This document shows, in pieces, positions 55,129 through 63,493 of a stretch of 64,000 nt of DNA; position 1 is the first letter of the stretch, and each line of letters starts with the position of its first letter. Both the position numbers and the translations under genes were made by a program. Source of the DNA: a virus (lineage: Duplodnaviria > Caudoviricetes); the IMG/VR virus record IMGVR_UViG_3300020465_001196. One strand, written 5' to 3'. Under the pieces are notes generated by a model. That model was not told the origin of the DNA. It was given only the letters and a program-made list of their open reading frames with translations, and ran no database searches.

Positions 55129-55617
55129 TTAGTACTCAAAATTAACAGTTGTCTTATTAACTCTTAATTCTTTGGCTCCATTTTTTAAATGAAATTTTCT
55201 TGCCATCTCGGTCATTGGTGATAATGTAACTAGTCTATTAAGATGATGTGATTCTTTAATCATCTTATAAACTTCACGTACAATTTTTTTACCGCCACCT
55301 TTTTTCTTTGACCAAACTGTATATGCAATAGCAATAGATCCTTGCATACCTTCTCTATGTATGGCTTGAGTAAAAGCATCTTTGCTAAACTCATCTAATT
55401 CTTTTATATCTGCTGGTACATCATTTGTAAATGCAAAACACATTACCGCGGCAATCTCGTCACCGTCTTTTAATCCAAAAACTTTTCTACCATATTGATG
55501 TCTAAACCAATTGTCTAGTTCTGGTCTTACTGGGTCTTCTGATGGATCAATCTGATCAAGTTCTACAAGCTCAACCTTTTTTAGCCATTCAAATTGTTTA
55601 AGAAGCCAATCTTTCAT
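55129..55617 (-). CDS. Conserved marine phage protein, possibly GNAT-like
   Basis: YTVWSKKKGGGKKI and RLVTLSP...ARKFHLKNGA resemble acetyl-CoA binding motifs. Confidence 0.45.
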   Translation of the reverse strand: MKDWLLKQFEWLKKVELVELDQIDPSEDPVRPELDNWFRHQYGRKVFGLKDGDEIAAVMCFAFTNDVPADIKELDEFSKDAFTQAIHREGMQGSIAIAYTVWSKKKGGGKKIVREVYKMIKESHHLNRLVTLSPMTEMARKFHLKNGAKELRVNKTTVNFEY

Positions 55618-55629
55618 TTTTAAATCCTG

Positions 55630-56208
55630 TTATAGTTGATTAATTACTGTTGCTACTAGATGAACTCTATCTTCTTCACCGCCATTAAAAGCATTATGAT
55701 ATTTTGTATTGTCAGTTATCCAAACAGATCCATCTGCTGGCATATGACGTACTTCTGTATCAATACACATACGAGCACCAAAGTTGGTAACTATTGGTAT
55801 ATGTAATCTAGGCTCTGGATCTCTATGCCAACTTAATGTTGTACGTGGCAATTTCCAAAGCAATCTAATTCTACCTAGTGTATATTTTTTTGTTAATTCA
55901 TTATACACTTCTTTAAAATAAGTATCTTCAAATAGTTTTACAAACTCTGAATACTTTGATTCATCAATTGGTTCTTCTCTTTGAACTTCTTCATATGTAC
56001 TATTTGGTTTAGTCCAAAATAATCCTCTAACATTACCACCTGTTATTGAATTTGCATCTCCTGGTATTTGTGTTAAGCAAATTGCATTTATATCTCTTTC
56101 ACCTAACGGAGATTGTCTTGCTACTCTTGAATCAACTTCTTTTAATGCTGATTGTAATTTAGCAATATCAAATTTAATATCAGGATCTTTATAAAAGTTT
56201 GTATCCAT
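55630..56208 (-). CDS. Aspartyl/asparaginyl beta-hydroxylase-like 2OG-Fe(II) oxygenase
   Basis: LSWHRDPEPRLHIPIVTN...YHNAFNGGEEDRVHLV. Confidence 0.75.
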   Translation of the reverse strand: MDTNFYKDPDIKFDIAKLQSALKEVDSRVARQSPLGERDINAICLTQIPGDANSITGGNVRGLFWTKPNSTYEEVQREEPIDESKYSEFVKLFEDTYFKEVYNELTKKYTLGRIRLLWKLPRTTLSWHRDPEPRLHIPIVTNFGARMCIDTEVRHMPADGSVWITDNTKYHNAFNGGEEDRVHLVATVINQL

Positions 56209-56519
56209 TATTTAAAAAACTCCTCTGAGTTGTGTGCTTTATCGTCAACCCATATATCATAATGTGGTTTGCCACCAACTCTTACACTTGTATATTTACA
56301 TCCCCAACTGTCTAATTGTTTTGTAGTTAGCTCTGTATAGTCTACACCACTAACGGCACCACGTGCTGTCCAATAATGAATCTCATGTCCTTTATCAAAC
56401 ATTTTGTTTACTTTTTCTATTCTGTCTTTCATAGGTTCATGATTAGCATAATCTTTTTTACCATTTGGTAAAAATACTTCTTTACAAATAGTTCCGTCAA
56501 TGTCAACTATGTATATCAT
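56208..56519 (-). CDS. Small HAD phosphatase (capsule-biosynthesis phosphatase type)
   Basis: VDIDGTIC, YWTARG, GKP.YDIWVDDKA. Confidence 0.75.
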   Translation of the reverse strand: MIYIVDIDGTICKEVFLPNGKKDYANHEPMKDRIEKVNKMFDKGHEIHYWTARGAVSGVDYTELTTKQLDSWGCKYTSVRVGGKPHYDIWVDDKAHNSEEFFK

Positions 56520-56683
56520 CTTTTACGAGACTTCCATATTTTAATTTGATTTACTATTGCATATACGTATAGATATATTCCAAACGGTATAAGCAATAAA
56601 GAATTAAAATACAAAAAGAATTTTGCAATTCCTCCATACTCACCTTGTGCTATTGCAACAAGATTAGTTATGAAGAGATCCAT
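56516..56683 (-). CDS. 55 aa membrane protein
   Basis: Coupled start and stop; hydrophobic. Confidence 0.5.
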   Translation of the reverse strand: MDLFITNLVAIAQGEYGGIAKFFLYFNSLLLIPFGIYLYVYAIVNQIKIWKSRKR

Positions 56684-56940
56684 TAACTTCCTCTTTTAAC
56701 TGTATCTAAAATTGCTTCAATGTCTTCAAACATATCACGTTCTTCAGATAAACTTCTTTTGTGTGCAATTTTAATTGCTTTATTAAGAACTGCTGGTTTT
56801 ACATCTAGTTCTACTGCAATATGTTTAACAGTATCCCTTAACCCAGATCTTAAATCATCTGCTTCTTGTAGTACCTGTGTACCTTCATCGAGCAATTTGA
56901 CTAATTTTGCCTTTTCTTCTGGTCCAATTGTTAATGCCAT
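56683..56940 (-). CDS. T4 DsbA/GapR-like dsDNA-binding protein
   Basis: Helical pattern LRSGLRDTVKHIAVELDVKPAVLNKAIKIAHK. Confidence 0.55.
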   Translation of the reverse strand: MALTIGPEEKAKLVKLLDEGTQVLQEADDLRSGLRDTVKHIAVELDVKPAVLNKAIKIAHKRSLSEERDMFEDIEAILDTVKRGS

Positions 56941-56973
56941 TTTTACTCCTTTTTCTTTATTATAATATATATC

Positions 56974-57171
56974 CTATTGAGAGTCAAGTTTTCTTGTGTC
57001 TTGGATATATATTATCCAATCAATTAATATAAAATTTAAAAACAGGCCGGTAGGTGTTAGTGCTACACCTAAAAAATTTGGTATAATAAAATTCAATAAA
57101 AATTGAAAAACCAAATATTTCCTTGGACTTGTTGGTGTCCAATCTAACCACCTAGGCTTGATTTCATTCAT
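56974..57171 (-). CDS. Small membrane protein
   Basis: Hydrophobic 65 aa ORF. Confidence 0.5.
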   Translation of the reverse strand: MNEIKPRWLDWTPTSPRKYLVFQFLLNFIIPNFLGVALTPTGLFLNFILIDWIIYIQDTRKLDSQ

Positions 57172-57172
57172 A

Positions 57173-57364
57173 TTACTTGTCGCAATGTTCTTGATTTGCT
57201 TTTAACCCTGATTCTTTATTGTATACCCAAACGTGACTTGTAATTACTGTTCCGTCTGGTGTTACTTCACATTTTTTTCCAAATGCCATTCTTGGATTTT
57301 CAGGAATGCTTGAGCAACTTGTAAGAATAAATGCTAATGCAAATATTGATAATATAGTTTTCAT
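57173..57364 (-). CDS. Small lipoprotein
   Basis: LTSC lipobox; GKKC...SHVW. Confidence 0.6.
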   Translation of the reverse strand: MKTILSIFALAFILTSCSSIPENPRMAFGKKCEVTPDGTVITSHVWVYNKESGLKANQEHCDK

Positions 57365-57416
57365 TTGTTTGTTTTCCTTTGTTGTTGTTTAATTGTATGA
57401 CAATATTCTATTTTTG

Positions 57417-58730
57417 TCAATGGTCATATTTCTTTAATACATTATATAATTCTGGAACTTGCTTTTCAAAACTTTGGCCTCTTATTTGATCAAGTATCTT
57501 TGTATGTTCAAAAAACATTGGAAGATACTTTTTCTCTTCATTTGGCCTATCTGCTTCTAAATATTTTAAAACATTATTAACACCCATTTTTAAATTATAG
57601 TGTAGTGAGTCTTTATTACGTTCTCTACACTTATCTAATTTATTCCATGCAAGTTCTCTAATTTCTTTTGGTAAACAGGATATAGCATGATACTCTGGTT
57701 CGTGTACAGGATTTAAATTAGCCAAGTCCATATCATTTTCAAGATGATACTCTATTAAGTTTGGAATATTTAAAATATTTAAAACTTGATATGTAGGATC
57801 ACTATTAACTTTGAATCTATCTGATCTATATTCTTCTAATATTTTTCTATTTTCATGTAAAGTTTCCCATACACCTTTCCATCTTATATATTCATAAACT
57901 GATCCAGTTCCATCCATACTAATTTTTACTTCTACTTTTTTAAAGCCGTCTAACTTCTCCATGTATTTTCTATTGATTTGCATTCCATTAGTTGTAAACT
58001 TAAGAATCATATTTTTATCAATACCTTCACGTTTACAAAAATCAAGTATCTCACTAAAATATTTGTTTACTGTTGGTTCACCACCACTAACTGTAATAGC
58101 ATCTAGTTGTGGTAATAGCTCTTCTATTTGTCTTCTAAACTCTGGATCTTTCCAATAGTCTTTTACTTCTTTAACTCTTGGTAGTGGTTTAATTATATTT
58201 TTATGAAACAGTTCTTTTCCTTTTAATTTATCATTACTAAATTTATCAATATGCTCTAGTGCTTCTTCTTCAATAATAGAACTATTCCATGGATTACACA
58301 TACGACAAGCCAAATTACATAAATTTGCTAATTGAAAATCTATCCATCTTATTTTTGGTTTTTTAATAACTTGTTCTTTAAATTGTTCAACTGTTAAGTT
58401 TTCTAAATTTGCACTTGGAACTTTTGCTTGATCAAGAATTCTTTTTGACATCATACCTTTAGATTCATCTATCCAGCAACGTCTACAACCTGGATCTTTT
58501 TTACCATTTAATAAATTTTGCCTTAGTTTTTCAAGTCCTGAAGATTCCCAATACCCATTTGTAAACCAACCAATGTCGTTTATTCTATGGTGCTCACTAA
58601 TACAGCAAGGATCTGCTTCTCCGCCTGATCCTATATAAGATGTTGTAAATGGAAAATGACAAAAGGTTTTTGAGATTTTATCTTGCCATTTTAAATATTG
58701 CAAATCCTGATTATCTTCTTGTTCACTCAT
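57417..58730 (-). CDS. Radical SAM protein with N-terminal SPASM/twitch-like Cys cluster
   Basis: CHFPF...PCC...CRRC, CNLACRMC, SGGEPT, TTNG. Confidence 0.85.
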   Translation of the reverse strand: MSEQEDNQDLQYLKWQDKISKTFCHFPFTTSYIGSGGEADPCCISEHHRINDIGWFTNGYWESSGLEKLRQNLLNGKKDPGCRRCWIDESKGMMSKRILDQAKVPSANLENLTVEQFKEQVIKKPKIRWIDFQLANLCNLACRMCNPWNSSIIEEEALEHIDKFSNDKLKGKELFHKNIIKPLPRVKEVKDYWKDPEFRRQIEELLPQLDAITVSGGEPTVNKYFSEILDFCKREGIDKNMILKFTTNGMQINRKYMEKLDGFKKVEVKISMDGTGSVYEYIRWKGVWETLHENRKILEEYRSDRFKVNSDPTYQVLNILNIPNLIEYHLENDMDLANLNPVHEPEYHAISCLPKEIRELAWNKLDKCRERNKDSLHYNLKMGVNNVLKYLEADRPNEEKKYLPMFFEHTKILDQIRGQSFEKQVPELYNVLKKYDH

Positions 58731-58739
58731 TGTATATCC

Positions 58740-58940
58740 TTATATTATATTTATTCTGATATAATTCATGAGGATTTTGTACCAAATATTGTGATTTACA
58801 CAATGATTATTTTTTCTTTCTAGCTCTTCTTCTAGCTCTTCTTTTTTTAGAGCCAACTTTTCTACGACCTCTATGAGTCTTATTTTGTCTAGCCATAATT
58901 TCCTTTTATCAAAACTAAGACTATTTAATTGTTTTGGCAT
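58740..58940 (-). CDS. Hypothetical protein
   Basis: Coupled ORF; stop position uncertain. Confidence 0.35.
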   Translation of the reverse strand: MPKQLNSLSFDKRKLWLDKIRLIEVVEKLALKKEELEEELERKNNHCVNHNIWYKILMNYIRINII

Positions 58941-59626
58941 TATTTGATTGTTTTTAAGTTAAATTTCAATGTACTTTGACCTAAATCTTCAAAAGAAGGT
59001 ACAGCATATTTTAAAAGATCTGGAGAACCATATCCTTCATAAGTTGAAAATGGTGGGCAAAATCCAAGATGTATTATTGCATTACTTTTGCAAACTACTT
59101 TTAATTCTTTTACTAAACCCATAAATGATTCATAAACTATTTGTGACGAAATAGCATCTACTGATTCTACATGATCATAAGTTACTTTTTTAACCATTGA
59201 TTCTTTTTTACTATTTTCATTACAATGCATTGCAAATCTTTTAGCAATTACCATATCATATTTTTTATTTGAAAGTGATTTTAATTTTTCTAATTGACTT
59301 GGATTAGTAACTCCCCAATCATAAGTATACTCGTGAACTTTTATATTGTAGTATTCCATTTCTTTTTTTGAATGAAGATATTGACCTTCCCATCCATAAC
59401 CTGAATTAGTTGAAACTACCGAATGCCCTAGATCAATTAGTTGTCTACTTAAATCTCCAAGTCCACATCCTAAATCAAGAATATGTTTTGGCTTACAATT
59501 ATTTAATTTTGCATATTTGATAATTCGATTATTCTTTTCTGTTCGATGACCTCTGTCATGTTTGGAATATTGAGCTAGGTATGGATGCCCTTCACTCCAA
59601 CGTTTTAATACAAATTTTGTTGGCAT
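58940..59626 (-). CDS. Class I SAM-dependent methyltransferase
   Basis: HILDLGCGLG motif I; KYDMVIA. Confidence 0.75.
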   Translation of the reverse strand: MPTKFVLKRWSEGHPYLAQYSKHDRGHRTEKNNRIIKYAKLNNCKPKHILDLGCGLGDLSRQLIDLGHSVVSTNSGYGWEGQYLHSKKEMEYYNIKVHEYTYDWGVTNPSQLEKLKSLSNKKYDMVIAKRFAMHCNENSKKESMVKKVTYDHVESVDAISSQIVYESFMGLVKELKVVCKSNAIIHLGFCPPFSTYEGYGSPDLLKYAVPSFEDLGQSTLKFNLKTIK

Positions 59627-59643
59627 AAAGGTATTTATTTACT

Positions 59644-59937
59644 TTAATAGTTATCGTATTTTTTATCGTAGTTATGAAGGTCTTCAAGATTGCCCATTGC
59701 TAGAGCAGATGTAATTCTTAGATTACCTGTTGACTTACCTATTCTATTTAGGTGTGCCATTGCTGTATCATTAAACTTTATGTTGTAATGATTTTTTATG
59801 TATTTTGCAAACTCAAGAATTTCTCCTTCAAGTTCTTCTAAGTGCCAAACTTTAGGATCATGTTCTGATGCTACAGAATGTTTGACGTGTGGTGGGTCTA
59901 ATTTAATGTGATCGTAGTTTTTAGTTTTTTTTGACAT
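59644..59937 (-). CDS. Hypothetical protein
   Basis: 97 aa ORF in operon. Confidence 0.5.
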   Translation of the reverse strand: MSKKTKNYDHIKLDPPHVKHSVASEHDPKVWHLEELEGEILEFAKYIKNHYNIKFNDTAMAHLNRIGKSTGNLRITSALAMGNLEDLHNYDKKYDNY

Positions 59938-59938
59938 A

Positions 59939-60070
59939 TTATAACACCTTTAGTAATATATAAATTTGTAAGGCCAATATCATTATTGGTAGAATAGTTC
60001 TAATTAATTCCATAGTATGATTGTACTCATCTAATTTTCTTTCTAACCAGTTTCTTCTTTTTTTTGGCAC
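59939..60070 (-). CDS. 43 aa membrane microprotein (GTG start)
   Basis: GGAG SD; ELIRTILPIMILALQIYILL. Confidence 0.5.
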   Translation of the reverse strand: MPKKRRNWLERKLDEYNHTMELIRTILPIMILALQIYILLKVL

Positions 60071-60276
60071 TATTTGACGCTCCTTTTTAAATCATCTCTA
60101 TTGTTAACAAATACTCTAACTAACCTTGAAACATCTACTGTTTCTTCTTTTAATGTTTTTGGGTTTGTAAAAATTACTCTACTTGAATTAGCCTTTAACA
60201 CATTGTCACCTTTGTCATCTACCACAACAGCGTCATCTGTATTCTTTCTCCAATCATGTGAACTATATTCTGTCAT
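60070..60276 (-). CDS. Small hypothetical protein
   Basis: GGAGG SD; HDWRKNTDDAVV. Confidence 0.6.
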   Translation of the reverse strand: MTEYSSHDWRKNTDDAVVVDDKGDNVLKANSSRVIFTNPKTLKEETVDVSRLVRVFVNNRDDLKRSVK

Positions 60277-60283
60277 ATTCCTC

Positions 60284-60406
60284 CTAGTTAAATATTCCTG
60301 TGGTTGATAAAATAAACAACGATACCATAACTATAGCAATACCAATTATCCATGGTAGTGCATCTACAAATAGTTCTTTAATCCAAAACCACATATTATC
60401 AAACAT
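60284..60406 (-). CDS. 40 aa single-TM microprotein
   Basis: Coupled to the upstream stop. Confidence 0.45.
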   Translation of the reverse strand: MFDNMWFWIKELFVDALPWIIGIAIVMVSLFILSTTGIFN

Positions 60407-60591
60407 TACAAATTACCTTCCCATTTTTCTATTTTAGATTTTACTTTTTTCTTAGATAAGTTTTCTCTACCTTCTTCTAAATCACTTACAAGGTCTTTAA
60501 TGTCATCACACAATATTGTAAGGTCTTTTAATTTTCCATCTAACTTATCTGCTATGCTATAAATTTTGTTTAATAATTTTTTATCTTTCAT
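60406..60591 (-). CDS. Small coiled-coil protein
   Basis: Coupled ORF. Confidence 0.5.
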   Translation of the reverse strand: MKDKKLLNKIYSIADKLDGKLKDLTILCDDIKDLVSDLEEGRENLSKKKVKSKIEKWEGNL

Positions 60592-60815
60592 TATTCAAAA
60601 TCCGATCTTACTATATGTTTTCTTAATGCTCTAACAAGTTCTTCGATCTTATCTATACAACCAATCATATCTCTATCAGTAATATATTTTTGTTTTTCTT
60701 TTAACTTATCATATTCTTTTAATGGAATAGTGACTGTACTTTGTTCATTTTCATATGTCATGTCTGTTGCATGATCTTTATGACTGTCATACATTCTTTT
60801 ATCTTCTTCTGTCAT
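60591..60815 (-). CDS. Small hypothetical protein
   Basis: GGAGG SD; VTIPLKEYDKLK. Confidence 0.6.
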   Translation of the reverse strand: MTEEDKRMYDSHKDHATDMTYENEQSTVTIPLKEYDKLKEKQKYITDRDMIGCIDKIEELVRALRKHIVRSDFE

Positions 60816-60827
60816 ACCCCTCCTGGG

Positions 60828-61070
60828 TTAATTTGTTGTTAAAAATTTCTTTTTCCAAATCGTATGCAATACGTAGAACCATACTCCATTTATTGTAGGT
60901 TCAACTAGTGCTACAAGTCCTGCTTCCCATAAACTTGCACCAGTCATCATTGATACTACTGTCATAGCAATAACAATATGTCCCATAGTATAAATTATTG
61001 CTAATACAAAAGAGTTTCCACTAATGAAACTTTTTATTGTTTCAAATATTCCTCTAGTAAATTCTGACAT
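60828..61070 (-). CDS. DUF2061-like membrane protein
   Basis: IYTMGHIVIA...ALVEPTINGVWFYVLH. Confidence 0.65.
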   Translation of the reverse strand: MSEFTRGIFETIKSFISGNSFVLAIIYTMGHIVIAMTVVSMMTGASLWEAGLVALVEPTINGVWFYVLHTIWKKKFLTTN

Positions 61071-61073
61071 AGA

Positions 61074-61346
61074 TTACCCTACTGGTTCAAGTTTACCATT
61101 TTTATCTGTAAACCAAGTATATCCTGCCACTTTGGCCTGTTTGTCTAATCCTTTTAGATTATATGCAAACAATAAATCTGGTTGATGTGTGTTACGGATC
61201 AATCCATATTTTGATTGTCTGTTTCCTTCTAGTATATAAGTTGCCTGTTTTGTTTTTGGATCAGTAACTAATTCAACTTTGAAAGTTCTTTTTCCAATTT
61301 GAATAGTGTTCTGACTAGGCATACTGTTATCAGTTGTTTTATTCAT
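61074..61346 (-). CDS. Early hypothetical protein
   Basis: Behind a TTGACA-N16-TATACT promoter near 61385-61412. Confidence 0.6.
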   Translation of the reverse strand: MNKTTDNSMPSQNTIQIGKRTFKVELVTDPKTKQATYILEGNRQSKYGLIRNTHQPDLLFAYNLKGLDKQAKVAGYTWFTDKNGKLEPVG

Positions 61347-61501
61347 AGTTTTTATTCACCTTTGTTTTAAACATATTATTCTATAGTATAACACATTATA
61401 GATATCTGTCAAGCGAAAAGATGCCTATCTATGTTATTATTTTCTGGCCAATTTTTGGCCAATGCTAAATACACTTGTATATACAAAAAGGAGATCTCAT
61501 T

Positions 61502-61783
61502 ATGTTTATATCTTGGAAAACTGATGGTTCGGCAGATGCAGTAGCAACGATGGAGTCTAGATTAAATGATCTAGATATGAATCGTGCATACTCAGAATGG
61601 GCTAATGCAAACGGCAGAACTAACTTTAAATGGGACAAAGTAGGTGGTGACTTGGTTATTACAGAAGAGTGGAGTATTTCTAGAGAAGAATACGATGCTT
61701 TTGTATCAGGTGGTCAAATTGATCATACACCAGGTGGAATTAGCTTACCAGTAGTTGAAACTACTGATCATTTAACATTCTAA
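61502..61783 (+). CDS. Hypothetical late protein
   Basis: TAAATA and AAGGAG upstream (ORF track 61475). Confidence 0.55.
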   Translation: MFISWKTDGSADAVATMESRLNDLDMNRAYSEWANANGRTNFKWDKVGGDLVITEEWSISREEYDAFVSGGQIDHTPGGISLPVVETTDHLTF

Positions 61784-61801
61784 TAATTAATTATTAAGAG
61801 C

Positions 61802-62383
61802 TCACTGTTGTTCAAACAATGGTGAGCTTTTATAGTATTCATACACTTCATCAATTGTCATACCATAATCAAAATCAAGTTGAAAACCATAACGTGTCAT
61901 AGTTGTGCCACCTTTAGCACTATGCAATTGACCAGTGTTTACTACTACAGGGTGTCCGTAATATAATGTTTTTGTATGTTCTTTTTTATTATTATACCAA
62001 CTAATAGAACCTCCAGCTGGTTTAAATTCTACTAACAATGCAACTTTACGTTCAACATCTCTATGAATATTTAAAAACCATCCAGGAGACATCTTTGTAT
62101 ATTGCTTTCTAACAATTAGTTCTTTAGGCATATTTAAAACTTTACAAGCATCATCTACTATTTGTTCTACTAAAGGGTTACCATTAAATTCTGCACCATG
62201 ATCAACATCTTGATAATAAACCCATTCATTGTCATTTGCATCTTCTTCAATGCCTTCTTCATAAGTTACTTGATGACCTGCGTATGCTACATCAACTTTT
62301 TGAAACTTATCACGCAATTTATCAATAGCATTTATATTTGCTTCATTATCTATTTTTAATTGTGGTAGTTCGAAATATTCCAT
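61802..62383 (-). CDS. 2OG-Fe(II) oxygenase-like protein
   Basis: IHRD...LHSA...RYGFQ. Confidence 0.55.
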   Translation of the reverse strand: MEYFELPQLKIDNEANINAIDKLRDKFQKVDVAYAGHQVTYEEGIEEDANDNEWVYYQDVDHGAEFNGNPLVEQIVDDACKVLNMPKELIVRKQYTKMSPGWFLNIHRDVERKVALLVEFKPAGGSISWYNNKKEHTKTLYYGHPVVVNTGQLHSAKGGTTMTRYGFQLDFDYGMTIDEVYEYYKSSPLFEQQ

Positions 62384-62391
62384 AATACTCT

Positions 62392-62697
62392 CTACTTTAA
62401 CATTTCCTCTAGTGATCCATCTTTTTGCATTTCTCTAACAATATCACAACCACCAACAAATTCTTTATTAATATAAAGTTGAGGTATAGTTGGCCAATCA
62501 CTAAATGTTTTAATTTGTTGTCTTAAATCTCCATTTGCTTCATCTAACACATTTACATCTGTAAAGTCAGTACCAAGGTTAGTTAATATTTTAGAAACTA
62601 ATCCTGAAAACCCACATTGTGGAGAGTGTTTAGTACCTTTCATAAAAAGTACAACTTTGTTTTCATTAATTATTTTTTGTATTTCATCGTTTGTCAT
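62392..62697 (-). CDS. grxD: Monothiol glutaredoxin (Grx4/GrxD)
   Basis: VVLFMKGT...PQCGFS, WPTIPQLY...FVGGCDI; start after GAGGAG (ORF track 62724). Confidence 0.92.
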   Translation of the reverse strand: MTNDEIQKIINENKVVLFMKGTKHSPQCGFSGLVSKILTNLGTDFTDVNVLDEANGDLRQQIKTFSDWPTIPQLYINKEFVGGCDIVREMQKDGSLEEMLK

Positions 62698-62698
62698 A

Positions 62699-63493
62699 TT
62701 ACTCCTCATCATATTGAATTGCATAGTCTTTGTATTTTTTTAAACTACGATCTAATACTTCAATATGTTCTTTTGGTTTTATTGCTCCTGTTGTTGTAAC
62801 AACAAATTTTTGTTCATCAATTTTATCTGCTCCATGTGGATGCCATAATTCATTAATAACAAATGTATTTGTATCCATAGGTAAGTCAATAAAATCTTTT
62901 TCTTCAGGATGTGTTTCAATATGCTTTCTATGTTCTTCAATTGGCATACTGTTTTTATGTTTACAAAAATAAAAACTTGGCTTACGTATATCATTTATTA
63001 ATAATCTGTATCCTGATGGTTCAAAAGGCATCAACTGTGAATGTTGGTCTGCTCCTAGTTTACTAACGTCATGATGTATAGCAACATCTTTTCTTTGTCT
63101 AATTAATTCTGCATGATTACATTGTATAGGTAATTGTTCTATTAATTTAATTACTCCATACAGTTCTTTTGGTAATGCAGGATTTATTTTTACAGGTTGT
63201 TTTCTTTCTAATCTATTAACCCAAGAACGTCTTACTGCTTTAGGATCATTAAATTCGTTATCATCAAGTTGACCTAGTAAACAAACTATTCTCCAAATCT
63301 GATGTGGATGTTCTTCTACATATGGTGCATCTTTAACTGCTCCTCCACCATATGATTCTTGTATTACATCAGGTGGCCATAGATAGTTTCTATCATGGAA
63401 TACTTCTAGTTCATCTAAATTAATTTTTTCGTATGGTAAGTCTATTGGTAGAAAACTTAACTTACTAAATTTTTCTGTTTCTGATGACATCAT
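62699..63493 (-). CDS. 2OG-Fe(II) oxygenase-like protein
   Basis: IHHD...HPHGADK. Confidence 0.45.
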   Translation of the reverse strand: MMSSETEKFSKLSFLPIDLPYEKINLDELEVFHDRNYLWPPDVIQESYGGGAVKDAPYVEEHPHQIWRIVCLLGQLDDNEFNDPKAVRRSWVNRLERKQPVKINPALPKELYGVIKLIEQLPIQCNHAELIRQRKDVAIHHDVSKLGADQHSQLMPFEPSGYRLLINDIRKPSFYFCKHKNSMPIEEHRKHIETHPEEKDFIDLPMDTNTFVINELWHPHGADKIDEQKFVVTTTGAIKPKEHIEVLDRSLKKYKDYAIQYDEE

